From positions 19,816-83,815 of the forward strand of contig CACHQZ010000003.1 in NCBI GenBank assembly GCA_902582165.1: 64,000 bases of DNA, read 5' to 3'. Positions within the stretch are counted from its first letter, which is position 1. Each line of letters begins with the position of its first letter. The notes under the pieces are model-generated. The model ran no database searches. It was not told the DNA's origin and was given only the letters and a program-made list of their open reading frames with translations. This document shows positions 41,265 to 50,604 of this stretch, piece after piece. A program made the position numbers and the translations under genes. The stretch is from an uncultured Pelagibacteraceae bacterium (lineage in GTDB: Bacteria > Pseudomonadota > Alphaproteobacteria > Pelagibacterales > Pelagibacteraceae).

Positions 41265-41732
41265 TTATAGCTTTGTTGGGTTAGGCTGACCTTTATAAAC
41301 TTTTTTAGGATCAAATTTTTTTTCTTTTTCTTTAAATTCTAATTTAATTTCTTCAGAATTTTCAATTTTTCCTAAAGGTATTGATCTGTAAAAGCATGAT
41401 TTATATCCTACATGGCAGCTTGATCCGTTTCCTATATCTACTGACATCCACAATGCATCCTGATCATCATCTATTCTTAAATCAATAACTTTTTGCACAA
41501 AACCGCTTGTTTTTCCTTTGTGCCATATGTCTTTTCTAGATCTACTCCAATAATGAGCCTCTTTAGTTTCAATTGTTTTTTTTAGAGCTTCTTCATTCAT
41601 GTAACCGTGCATCAATAATTCACCGGAGCCACTGTCAGAGGTGGTTACTGGAATAAGTCCATCTTTATCAAATTTAGGAGATAGAAATTTTCCTTCTTCT
41701 ACCTCAAAAACGCTTTCTCTCTTTTTAAACAT
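41265..41732 (-). CDS. hisI: Phosphoribosyl-AMP cyclohydrolase
   Basis: GLIPV, YWSRSR..WHKG.TSG, DDDQDA, CHVGYKSCFY. Start taken at MFKKRE. Confidence 0.93.
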   Translation of the reverse strand: MFKKRESVFEVEEGKFLSPKFDKDGLIPVTTSDSGSGELLMHGYMNEEALKKTIETKEAHYWSRSRKDIWHKGKTSGFVQKVIDLRIDDDQDALWMSVDIGNGSSCHVGYKSCFYRSIPLGKIENSEEIKLEFKEKEKKFDPKKVYKGQPNPTKL

Positions 41733-41806
41733 GATGGTAAAATAATGAAAAAAAGACAAAATAGCAATTTGCATTAATCAAATATGTCCTATAAAACCTT
41801 TAAACA

Positions 41807-42415
41807 ATGAAGTTAGTTAAAGACGCAGATAAAACATCCTCAAAAAAGCCTGAAGTTTCCGATAAACAGGCCGAAGAGGCATTTAAAACTATTCTTAAAT
41901 GGATAGGAGAAGATCCAAACAGAGAAGGTCTTGTTGAGACACCAAAAAGAGTAATTAAAGCATTTAAGGAATATTTTAAAGGTTATCATCAAGATGCAGA
42001 AGCTGATTTATCCAAAACGTTTGGAGACGTGGAAGGATATGACGATATGGTAGTGGAAAAAAACATCACACTTGAAAGTCATTGTGAGCATCACATGGCA
42101 CCTATAATTGGAGTAGCGCATGTAGCTTATATTCCCAACAAAAAGGTTGTGGGTTTAAGTAAATTAGCGAGAACGGTAGAAATATTTTCCAAAAGACTTC
42201 AAACTCAAGAAAGACTTACAATGCAGATCGCTAAAACTTTAATGAATTCATTAGACGCGAAAGGAGTAGCAGTTACCATCGATGCTGCTCATCAATGTAT
42301 GACCATGAGAGGTATCAAAAAAGAGAGAGCGACAACAGTTACTAACTATTTTTTAGGTTCTTTCAGAGAAGACTTAGGTATTCAAAATAGATATTTAAGA
42401 TATATTAAAAAATAA
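41807..42415 (+). CDS. folE: GTP cyclohydrolase I
   Basis: REGLVETPKR, SHCEHH, GLSKLAR, QERLT, HQCMTMRG. Confidence 0.97.
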   Translation: MKLVKDADKTSSKKPEVSDKQAEEAFKTILKWIGEDPNREGLVETPKRVIKAFKEYFKGYHQDAEADLSKTFGDVEGYDDMVVEKNITLESHCEHHMAPIIGVAHVAYIPNKKVVGLSKLARTVEIFSKRLQTQERLTMQIAKTLMNSLDAKGVAVTIDAAHQCMTMRGIKKERATTVTNYFLGSFREDLGIQNRYLRYIKK

Positions 42416-43417
42416 ATGTCTCAAAAATTTATAGCCGTAGTAATAGATAATCAAAACGAAAAATTTACAAGAGAAATTAAAGAAATCGACACTAGTCATC
42501 TTAAAGATGGAAATGTTTTAGTCAAAATAGATTATTCGAGTCTTAATTATAAAGATGCTTTAATTCTTAATAATGGAGGCAAGATTGTAAGAAAATTTCC
42601 ATTTGTACCTGGTATAGATTTTTCAGGCACGGTAGTTGAAAGTGAAGATAGTAAATTTAAAAAAAATGATAAGGTTATTTTAACTGGATTTAGAGTAGGA
42701 GAGTCTTTCTTTGGTGGCTTTGCTCAATACGCGAAAGTTGACTCAAATTTTTTAATTAAGATACCAAAAGATTTAGACACCCATAAGTCTATGATGTTAG
42801 GCACGGCAGGCTTTACAGCTCTTCTATGTTCTTTTGCAGTTAAAGCTAAAGAAGAATTGTTGTTAGGCGAAAAAGTAAAAGATGTTTTGGTAACTGGTGC
42901 CACGGGCGGTGTTGGAAGTATTGCCATAATGATCTTATCTAAAATGGGATATGATGTTCACGCTGTAACAGGAAAAAAAGATAAAAACGATTATCTAAAA
43001 GGCTTAGGTGCAAAAAATATCATAGACAGAAAAGAATTTGAGGGAGAAAGTAAACTTCTAGAAAAAGGAATTTGGGACGGAGTTGTTGATACTGTAGGCG
43101 GAGCTGCTTTAACAAAAATATTTGCACAAATAAAACCAGGTGGAATTGTTGCTGCATGTGGAAACGCGGGAGGAATAAAAATCAATACAAATGTAATGCC
43201 TTTTATAATAAGAGGCGTTAAATTATGGGGCATCGACTCGTCTGGTTCTTCAATAAAAAGAAGAGAGTTTGTCTGGGGCGAAGCAACCAAATTGATTGAT
43301 TTTTCTAAAGTTCAATCATTTACTAAAGAGCTCTCATTTGCCCAACTTTTAGAAACTTATCCTAAGCTTTTAAAAGGCGAATTCTCTGGAAGAGCTATAG
43401 TAAATCCAAATAAATAA
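42416..43417 (+). CDS. acuI: Acryloyl-CoA reductase AcuI/YhdH
   Basis: YSSLNYKD, VPGIDFSG, GTAGFTA, GATGGVGS, PFIIRGV.L.GIDS. Confidence 0.88.
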   Translation: MSQKFIAVVIDNQNEKFTREIKEIDTSHLKDGNVLVKIDYSSLNYKDALILNNGGKIVRKFPFVPGIDFSGTVVESEDSKFKKNDKVILTGFRVGESFFGGFAQYAKVDSNFLIKIPKDLDTHKSMMLGTAGFTALLCSFAVKAKEELLLGEKVKDVLVTGATGGVGSIAIMILSKMGYDVHAVTGKKDKNDYLKGLGAKNIIDRKEFEGESKLLEKGIWDGVVDTVGGAALTKIFAQIKPGGIVAACGNAGGIKINTNVMPFIIRGVKLWGIDSSGSSIKRREFVWGEATKLIDFSKVQSFTKELSFAQLLETYPKLLKGEFSGRAIVNPNK

Positions 43418-43434
43418 ACTATAATCGTAAAATT

Positions 43435-44325
43435 ATGGATTGGGATAAATTAAAAATTTTTCATACTGTTGCTGAGGCATCGAGTTTCACTAAAGCATCT
43501 ACGATCTTAAACTTAAGCCAATCAGCAATTAGCCGTCAAATACAAGGTTTAGAGAGCGATCTAAAAGTTCAGCTATTCGAACGTCACGCGAGGGGATTGG
43601 TTCTTACAGAAAATGGCGAATATCTCTTTAAATCAGCTCATGAAATTATTTCAAAGCTTAAAGATGTTGAGTCGAATTTAAGTGGTCAAAAAGATAAGAT
43701 AAACGGAAAATTAGTTGTTACTACTGTCGTAAGTTTTGGAACTACATGGTTAACTCCTCGAATAAAAGAATTCATGGATCTTCATCCTGATATAGAAATA
43801 GAGCTAATTTTCAATGATGTAGAGCTTGACTTAGCAACTCGTCAAGCTGACGTTGCAATTAGGATGAGAAGACCAAAACAATTAAATTTGATTCAAAAAA
43901 AATTTGTGGATTTTAATTATCATATTTATGGGTCAAATGAATATTTAGAGAAAAATGGGTATCCAAAAACATTAAAAGATTTAGATAAACATAAATTTAT
44001 AACTTATGGTAAGGGAGCTCCATCTCCTGTTTATAATCCCGATTGGGTTTTAAAAATAGGTGCAAAAGATGGAAAAAAAAGAAAATCTGTGATGAAAGTA
44101 AACAGTGTTTACGGGCTGTTATTAGCTGTTCAAAGTGGAGTTGGTTTAGCTGCGCTTCCAGATTATATTACTCATAATATTAGTGGCATCACTAAAGTTT
44201 TACCAAACGAACCAGGTAAGCCAACGGAAACTCATTTTGTATATCCAGCATCATTGAAAAATAATGCGAGACTTATAGCTTTTAGAAATTTTTTATTTAG
44301 CAAAGTAAACGAATGGAAATTTTAA
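43435..44325 (+). CDS. LysR family regulator (LsrB/VtlR-like)
   Basis: MDWDKLKIFH..AEASSFT..LSQSAISRQ, LFERHARGL. Confidence 0.9.
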   Translation: MDWDKLKIFHTVAEASSFTKASTILNLSQSAISRQIQGLESDLKVQLFERHARGLVLTENGEYLFKSAHEIISKLKDVESNLSGQKDKINGKLVVTTVVSFGTTWLTPRIKEFMDLHPDIEIELIFNDVELDLATRQADVAIRMRRPKQLNLIQKKFVDFNYHIYGSNEYLEKNGYPKTLKDLDKHKFITYGKGAPSPVYNPDWVLKIGAKDGKKRKSVMKVNSVYGLLLAVQSGVGLAALPDYITHNISGITKVLPNEPGKPTETHFVYPASLKNNARLIAFRNFLFSKVNEWKF

Positions 44326-45431
44326 TCTCATTTATAATACCCTTTATTATACTACTTACAGTTGTAGTATTTATTCATGAATATGGCCACTATTACTATG
44401 CTAAGAAGTATGGAGTGGGTGTAACAGATTTTTCTATAGGGTTTGGTAAAGAAATATTTGGTTTTAACGACAAATCTGGAACACGATGGAAATTCTGCGC
44501 TATCCCTCTTGGTGGATATGTAAAATTCTTTGGCGATAGAAATGTTTTTAGCCAAGCAGAGCAAGAAGAATTATTAAAAAAATATAGCAAAGAAGATCAA
44601 GAAAAATTATTTGTAGTCAAACCTTTATATCAGAGATCAATTATAGTAGCGGCCGGACCTTTTGCAAATTTTTTATTAGCAATATTTATTTTTGCATTCA
44701 TTTACATGTTTGCCGGAAAAGATTTTACTCCTGCTCAAATACAAGAGGTTCAAATAGAAAGTCCTGCTGAAGAGGCAGGTATTAAATCAGGTGATATTAT
44801 TCAATCTATAAATGGCAAAGATGTAAATAGTATTATGGAAGTTTCTGCGTTCATAAATTCTTCTTCATCAGATACAATTGAAATTGGCATATTAAGAAAT
44901 GCCAATGAAATTACATTTTCTGTAAAACCTGAAATCATTAAAGGGGAGGACTCTTTAGGCAATAAAGCTAATAAAAAGATTATCGGTATAAAAATAGCAC
45001 CTTTAAATGATGAAATTAATAGAGAAAGATTAGGCCCAGTAACTGCTTTGTTTTATGCTTTTAAAGAGACTTGGTTCGTAATTGATGCTTCTTGGAATTT
45101 TATTATTTCAATGTTTAAGGGCACTGGGGATACTACTCAATTAGGCGGCCCCATCAAAATAGCTAAAATTACCGGACAAGTAGCTAAACTCGGTTTAATA
45201 GCTTTCCTGAGCGTTATGGCTTACATATCTATTAGTTTAGGCTTTATAAATTTGTTACCAATCCCCATGTTAGATGGGGGACACTTGATGTTTTACGCTT
45301 TTGAGAAGGTTTTAGGCAAACCTTTAACTCAAAGGACCCAGGAGGGATTTTTCCGAATCGGTCTTTTTTTACTGCTTTCTTTAATGTTTTTTACAACATT
45401 TAATGATTTAAGAGATTTAGGCTTATTTTAA
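44313..45431 (+). CDS. rseP: RIP metalloprotease RseP
   Basis: HEYGH, AGPFAN, PDZ domain, NLLPIPMLDGG. Confidence 0.95.
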   Translation: MEILISFIIPFIILLTVVVFIHEYGHYYYAKKYGVGVTDFSIGFGKEIFGFNDKSGTRWKFCAIPLGGYVKFFGDRNVFSQAEQEELLKKYSKEDQEKLFVVKPLYQRSIIVAAGPFANFLLAIFIFAFIYMFAGKDFTPAQIQEVQIESPAEEAGIKSGDIIQSINGKDVNSIMEVSAFINSSSSDTIEIGILRNANEITFSVKPEIIKGEDSLGNKANKKIIGIKIAPLNDEINRERLGPVTALFYAFKETWFVIDASWNFIISMFKGTGDTTQLGGPIKIAKITGQVAKLGLIAFLSVMAYISISLGFINLLPIPMLDGGHLMFYAFEKVLGKPLTQRTQEGFFRIGLFLLLSLMFFTTFNDLRDLGLF

Positions 45432-45573
45432 GGCATTTTTTTATTCAAAAAAGTCAATAAAATCAATGCTTTTTGAGCGCACAATATATTGTGTTGATAT
45501 TTACGTGAAACACCAAAAAAATGTTGATTTAATTGGATTTTTATAGAAATTACATAATAACTAAGGGGCAAAA

Positions 45574-45849
45574 ATGAATAAAAAACAACTAGTAGCAAAA
45601 ATATCGTCCACACTGGGTCAAAGTAAGGCTGATGCTGAGAGAACTTTTGATTCAATAACGACTATTATTTTAGATGCTTTAAAGAATGACGATACTGTGA
45701 AAATAGCTGGTTTTGGTACTTATAAAGTAGCAAAAAGAAAAGCTAGGGTAGGAAGAAACCCACGAACAGGTGAGTCAATTCAAATTGCTGCATCTCAGAA
45801 AGTTAAGTTTTTACCTGCTAAAAGCTTAAAAGAAATGTTTAACAGATAA
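45574..45849 (+). CDS. hup: DNA-binding protein HU
   Basis: MNKKQL, GFGTY, ARVGRNPRTGE. Confidence 0.95.
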   Translation: MNKKQLVAKISSTLGQSKADAERTFDSITTIILDALKNDDTVKIAGFGTYKVAKRKARVGRNPRTGESIQIAASQKVKFLPAKSLKEMFNR

Positions 45850-45858
45850 AAGATTTAT

Positions 45859-45893
45859 TTAGCCCTTACTTGATTTACTCAAATAAGGGCTAA
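45859..45893 (+). terminator. Hairpin/terminator after HU
   Basis: TTAGCCCTTA-C-TTGA loop TCAA-A-TAAGGGCTAA; no U-tract. Confidence 0.55.
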
Positions 45894-45986
45894 CTACCTG
45901 CAAAAACTGCATAGCTCAAATTAAGTTAAATCAATTCTTTTTTAATTTTTAAAATCCTATAAACCTCGTTTAACAAGGGAGTTATT

Positions 45987-47279
45987 ATGAAAAAATACTT
46001 AGGATACTTTCTAGCAGGTACAGCCATTTATTTTGGCTTCGCTGGTTTAGGTTATGCCGAGACTACAGTGTCTGCAGAAGTACAATACATTTTTAATACC
46101 CTATTATTTTTAATGTCAGGTTTCTTGGTCATGTGGATGGCCGCAGGTTTCGCAATGTTAGAGTCAGGCTTGGTAACATCAAAATCTGTATCAGCAATCT
46201 GTGCAAAAAATATAGGTTTATACTCAATCGCCGGAGTAATGTTCTGGTTGGTTGGTTACAATTTAGCTTACGGTATTCCAGAAGGTGGGTATATAGGCTC
46301 ATTTACGCCATGGAGTGATAATTCAGCGTTAGAAACAGGATATTCTGATGGTTCCGATTGGTTTTTCCAAATGGTGTTCTGCGCCACAACAATGTCAATC
46401 GTATCTGGTACGTTAGCTGAGAGAATTAAGATCTGGCCATTTTTCTTATTTGCCGCAATTTTAACTGGATTTATATATCCAATTTCAATGGGTTGGCAGT
46501 GGGGTGGCGGATGGTTATCGGCTGCTGGATTTTCAGACTTTGCTGGTTCAACATTAGTACATGCTGCAGGTGGCGCTGCCGCTTTAGCAGGTGCAATAGT
46601 GCTTGGAGCAAGAACTGGAAGATTTAGTTCTAGCGGCGGAGTTAAAGCTATGACACCATTTGCTGCATCATCTATTCCGTTAGCAACACTAGGAGTATTT
46701 ATACTATGGTTAGGTTGGTTCGGATTCAATGGTGGATCTCAGTTAGCTTCTGGAACATTAGAAGACGTTTCATCAGTTGCAACAATTTATATCAATACGA
46801 ACTTAGCCGCGGGTGGTGGTGTATTAGCCGCTGCAACTATATCAAGATTAATTGGTGGTAAAACTGACGTAGTAATGATGCTTAACGGCGCGATAGCCGG
46901 TCTAGTAGGTATCACGGCAGAACCATTAACACCAAGTCCGTTAGCTGCAATTTTTATTGGAGCAATAGCTGGAGTATTAATGTACTTCTCAGTTAAATTA
47001 TTGTTTAAAATGAAAATTGATGACGTAGTTGGTGCCATCCCAGCACACTTAGTAGCTGGAGTATGGGGTACGTTAGCAGTGCCATTAACAAATGGAGATG
47101 TTACTTTTGGAGCTCAATTCCTAGGAACTATCTCAGTGGTGGTATTCGTATTCGTAGTCTCGTTTATTGTTTTCCAAATTATGAAAAATACAATTGGATT
47201 AAGAATAAGTAAAGAAGCTGAAAGACTAGGAACTGACAAAGCAGAAGTTGGTGTAATAGCTTACGGTATAAGAGACTAA
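45987..47279 (+). CDS. amtB: Ammonium transporter
   Basis: DFAGSTLVH, LWLGWFGFNGGS, IDDVVGAIPAH. Confidence 0.95.
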   Translation: MKKYLGYFLAGTAIYFGFAGLGYAETTVSAEVQYIFNTLLFLMSGFLVMWMAAGFAMLESGLVTSKSVSAICAKNIGLYSIAGVMFWLVGYNLAYGIPEGGYIGSFTPWSDNSALETGYSDGSDWFFQMVFCATTMSIVSGTLAERIKIWPFFLFAAILTGFIYPISMGWQWGGGWLSAAGFSDFAGSTLVHAAGGAAALAGAIVLGARTGRFSSSGGVKAMTPFAASSIPLATLGVFILWLGWFGFNGGSQLASGTLEDVSSVATIYINTNLAAGGGVLAAATISRLIGGKTDVVMMLNGAIAGLVGITAEPLTPSPLAAIFIGAIAGVLMYFSVKLLFKMKIDDVVGAIPAHLVAGVWGTLAVPLTNGDVTFGAQFLGTISVVVFVFVVSFIVFQIMKNTIGLRISKEAERLGTDKAEVGVIAYGIRD

Positions 47280-47321
47280 ACAATTTAGCTTATCTCCTCC
47301 CTCGTTAGTTGGAGAAATATC

Positions 47322-47355
47322 AAGGCCCGGAGACCCCCTTCGGGCCTTTTTTTTT
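47322..47355 (+). terminator. Intrinsic terminator after amt
   Basis: AAGGCCCG..CGGGCCTT followed by a T run. Confidence 0.88.
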
Positions 47356-47624
47356 GGAAAATAAATGGTATTTTTTTCAGGTTGTATTTTTGCTATACTT
47401 TAATAGCTCATCTAAATTTAAATTTGTAAAAATTTCTCTAAAAGTTCGTCATATTTAAACTGATATAGATTTTATTTGGGTTAGATTTAAAAGCTTAAAT
47501 AAATGTGAGTAATTTTATACTTGAAATCTTATAAATTACCGAAAAGAATATATCGACAAATGCGTTGCAAAATATAGCTTAATTCGCTCTCTTCTGAATG
47601 GTATTTTATTTGATTGAGCATCAT

Positions 47625-48086
47625 TTATTTATTAGAGCACACAAATTTAAACACTTCTTTGGCATGATCTTTTACTCTTACATTTGACCAAATTTTTTTA
47701 ACTTTCCCTTTATCTATGAATATAGTTGTTCTGATTGTGCCAAGAAATTTTTTACCCATAAAAGACTTCATTCCCCAAACACTATATTTTTTTTGAGATT
47801 TCACATGAGGATCTGAAAGGAGTTCAAATGGAACCTTATATTTCTTTTTAAATTTTTCATGACTTTCAATACTGTCTTTTGAAATTCCAATAACCTCGCA
47901 TTTTATTTTTTTAAATTTTTTATAAAATTTAGAAAAATCCTTGGTTTCAAGAGTGCACCCTGGTGTGTCATCTTTAGGATAAAAATATACTACTAATTTA
48001 CCTTTTATTCTTTTTAGATCAAATTTAGTATTTTTTGTTCCGGAAAGCTTAAATAAAGGTGCTTTTTTATTTTCTCTAATCTTCAT
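47625..48086 (-). CDS. bcp: Peroxiredoxin Bcp
   Basis: YFYPKDDTPGCT, ISKD, LLSD, IRTT. Confidence 0.92.
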   Translation of the reverse strand: MKIRENKKAPLFKLSGTKNTKFDLKRIKGKLVVYFYPKDDTPGCTLETKDFSKFYKKFKKIKCEVIGISKDSIESHEKFKKKYKVPFELLSDPHVKSQKKYSVWGMKSFMGKKFLGTIRTTIFIDKGKVKKIWSNVRVKDHAKEVFKFVCSNK

Positions 48087-49089
48087 TGTCATTCCAAAGT
48101 TTTTTTAAATTTATAAAAGGTGAAACTCCAAATATTGAATTAATATTTGCACAGTGGACAGCTAAAGAGGGAATAGGAGATAAACAAGGATATGAATTAT
48201 AAATTTTATGTAGAGGCTTCTCCCAGGGATCAATCCATTCTAACCCCATTATTTCTAACTCAGAAAAATGCTTATCAATCAGCGTTTTAGAAGTCATAAA
48301 AGTTACAAGGCTCTCTGAAACTAATCTCCAATGTTTCTTTTCTCCTAGATAAACCTTAGTATTTTCATCTTTTGTATATAAATAAGGATAATCAGAGGGT
48401 AATAAAACGACTTCTTGGGAGAATAAGGAGTAAAACTTCTCGTAACTAAAAATCATTTCAACCATGGAGTCTGGTGAGTGCAAATAATCATCTTCTACAA
48501 AATAGATTAAATCTGCCTCCTCATTTTTTGCAATTAGAAGTGAATTGTAAAAATTGGCCATATTTGAAAATTTAGCTTTTGAGTAACCATCTTTAATTTT
48601 ATTTTTAAATTTATCTAAGTTTATAGAAACGACTTTATTTTTAATTTCTGATCCTTTTAAAATTTCTTCAATTATCTGCAAATCTTTTTCTGGTGAATTG
48701 GTATCAGTTATAATTAATTCAAAATTAATATTTTTAAATTTTTCTTTAGCCTTATTTATTGCTTTGATTAGTGATCTTAGCGTTCTAAAGGTATACTCAT
48801 TTTTTTCACAATCAAAAATTCTTCTTTTATTTTGATCCATAATGAGTTCGGATGTACAGGTACGAACTATAATTTTAAGCGATCGAACTTTTTTCTTTAT
48901 ATTAATTTGACCCATTGGGATGGTTATTGACTTTTTACCCTGAGTGCTAAGAGTATCGTCTAAATTTTTTCTTAGTGTTGGAGAGCTGAAATTAGACTGA
49001 TCTATAATTTCAAATCCTAAAATTCTGCAAATTTTTATAAAAATTTTTTTAAATAAGTTGGTTTTGTTCCTATTATTTATTTTTTTCAT
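48076..49089 (-). CDS. Glycosyltransferase family 2-like protein
   Basis: ITDTNS and IYFVEDDYLH (DxD) motifs. Confidence 0.55.
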   Translation of the reverse strand: MKKINNRNKTNLFKKIFIKICRILGFEIIDQSNFSSPTLRKNLDDTLSTQGKKSITIPMGQINIKKKVRSLKIIVRTCTSELIMDQNKRRIFDCEKNEYTFRTLRSLIKAINKAKEKFKNINFELIITDTNSPEKDLQIIEEILKGSEIKNKVVSINLDKFKNKIKDGYSKAKFSNMANFYNSLLIAKNEEADLIYFVEDDYLHSPDSMVEMIFSYEKFYSLFSQEVVLLPSDYPYLYTKDENTKVYLGEKKHWRLVSESLVTFMTSKTLIDKHFSELEIMGLEWIDPWEKPLHKIYNSYPCLSPIPSLAVHCANINSIFGVSPFINLKKLWNDNED

Positions 49090-49127
49090 TCTGGTCAAAT
49101 ATATATATTAGTTTATATTCTACTTCT

Positions 49128-49526
49128 ATGAACATTAAATCTTCACAACAATTAGTAGAGGAAGCTAACAAAACTATTGAAACATTAAGCCCAGAGGAAG
49201 TAAAGAGTCTGATAGAAAAAAATGAGATTACCTTGATAGATGTAAGAGATATTAGGGAGCTTTGGAGAGACGGTACAATTGCAAATTCAAAACATATTCC
49301 TAGGGGAATGTTGGAATTCTGGTTAGATCCTAATAGTAGTTATTATCAAGAGAATAAAATAAAAGATTCAAAAAAAATGGTTTTTTTCTGCGCTATGGGA
49401 TTTAGATCTGCACTTGCTACAAAAGCTTTAGTTGATATGGGTTTTAAAAATGTAGCTAATGCTGAAGGTGGATTTGACGCTTTAAAAAATGCTGGTTTGC
49501 AGGTAGTTCATAAAGAAAAAAAGTAA
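49128..49526 (+). CDS. Rhodanese-like protein
   Basis: IDVRD..E, HIPRGMLEFW, FCAMGFRS, EGGF. Confidence 0.9.
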   Translation: MNIKSSQQLVEEANKTIETLSPEEVKSLIEKNEITLIDVRDIRELWRDGTIANSKHIPRGMLEFWLDPNSSYYQENKIKDSKKMVFFCAMGFRSALATKALVDMGFKNVANAEGGFDALKNAGLQVVHKEKK

Positions 49527-49527
49527 T

Positions 49528-50115
49528 TCACTTACTGGCCTCTTTTAGCACAAATTCAATTCTATCCTGACCCCAAAATAATTTATTATTTGATACAAAA
49601 GTAGGGGCCCCAAAAACTCCTTTCTCATAAGCTTCACTTGTTCTTTTTTTTAGAGAATCTTTTATTGATGATGAAGTTGCTCTTAGGGAAAATGTTTTTG
49701 GATTTACGTTCAGATTTTTTAATACTTTTTGAATAATATTTTCATCATTCATATTTAAACCATCCTGCCATATTGCATCAAAAACAGTATCAATATAATA
49801 ACTTTTAAAGTTATCTTCTTCAGCAACAAATACTCCTCGCATTAAATTTAAACTTCTAATAGGAAAGTAAGAATTAAATTTAAATTTAATGTTATTTCGT
49901 TCTGCAATTAGTTTACAATCTCTGATCATGTGTTTCGCTTTTGCTGGGATAAATGCAGGAGCTTTTATTCCATGTAAATTATGCAAACCACCTAATAGTA
50001 TTGGCTTATATCTTACTTTAACTGAAGTTTTTTGTTCAATCTTTTTAATCTCTTTATGCGCAAGAAAAGAGTATGGACTTACAAAGTCAAAATAAAAATC
50101 GAAGGGCTTAATCAT
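49528..50115 (-). CDS. 2-hydroxychromene-2-carboxylate isomerase / GST-kappa family
   Basis: FYFDFVSPYSF, GVFGAPTF, FWGQDR. Confidence 0.88.
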   Translation of the reverse strand: MIKPFDFYFDFVSPYSFLAHKEIKKIEQKTSVKVRYKPILLGGLHNLHGIKAPAFIPAKAKHMIRDCKLIAERNNIKFKFNSYFPIRSLNLMRGVFVAEEDNFKSYYIDTVFDAIWQDGLNMNDENIIQKVLKNLNVNPKTFSLRATSSSIKDSLKKRTSEAYEKGVFGAPTFVSNNKLFWGQDRIEFVLKEASK

Positions 50116-50578
50116 TGAAACTAATCTTTTTAGCAAAGAAGATTCTAAACAACCAGTATATTAATATTCCAACTGGTCCACTAAAATAAGTTAAGACTAA
50201 GGAGGGAATAGTAATAATTCTAGGTATAAAATATTTTTGAGCATCTCTAACTATCCAAGCTCCAGCAAATAAACTAATTGAGAGAAAATGAAGCCAGAAA
50301 ATTAATAATAATGTTTCATTTGCAAACATCGAATACAAACTGTCTAAACCACCATACAATTCAAATCCGTCAAAAATTTTTTTTTCTAAAAAAAGGTCAT
50401 ACGATAAATAACAATAACCTGTTGCTAACAGGAGTGGCGCAACGATAGATTGAACTAAAAACTTTGTTAAACCATAATTAGGAGCGAAGACTAATAATAA
50501 CCAAAAAGGCACTACTCCCCAATTAGCTACTAAATAAATATTTTCATTCGTTATGTAAACTAATAGATTATTTAACAT
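50108..50578 (-). CDS. ABA4-like (DUF4281) membrane protein
   Basis: PFWLLLVFAP, WLHFL..SLFAG.W, GPVG. Confidence 0.82.
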   Translation of the reverse strand: MLNNLLVYITNENIYLVANWGVVPFWLLLVFAPNYGLTKFLVQSIVAPLLLATGYCYLSYDLFLEKKIFDGFELYGGLDSLYSMFANETLLLIFWLHFLSISLFAGAWIVRDAQKYFIPRIITIPSLVLTYFSGPVGILIYWLFRIFFAKKISFND

Positions 50579-50604
50579 AAAAAATAATATAGTATATTAA
50601 ATTA

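Noticed and set aside
45898-45911. NtrC site upstream of amt (TGCA-N5-TGCA)
   Set aside because: The spacing does not match TGCAC-N7-GTGCA, and no sigma54 -24/-12 motif is seen.
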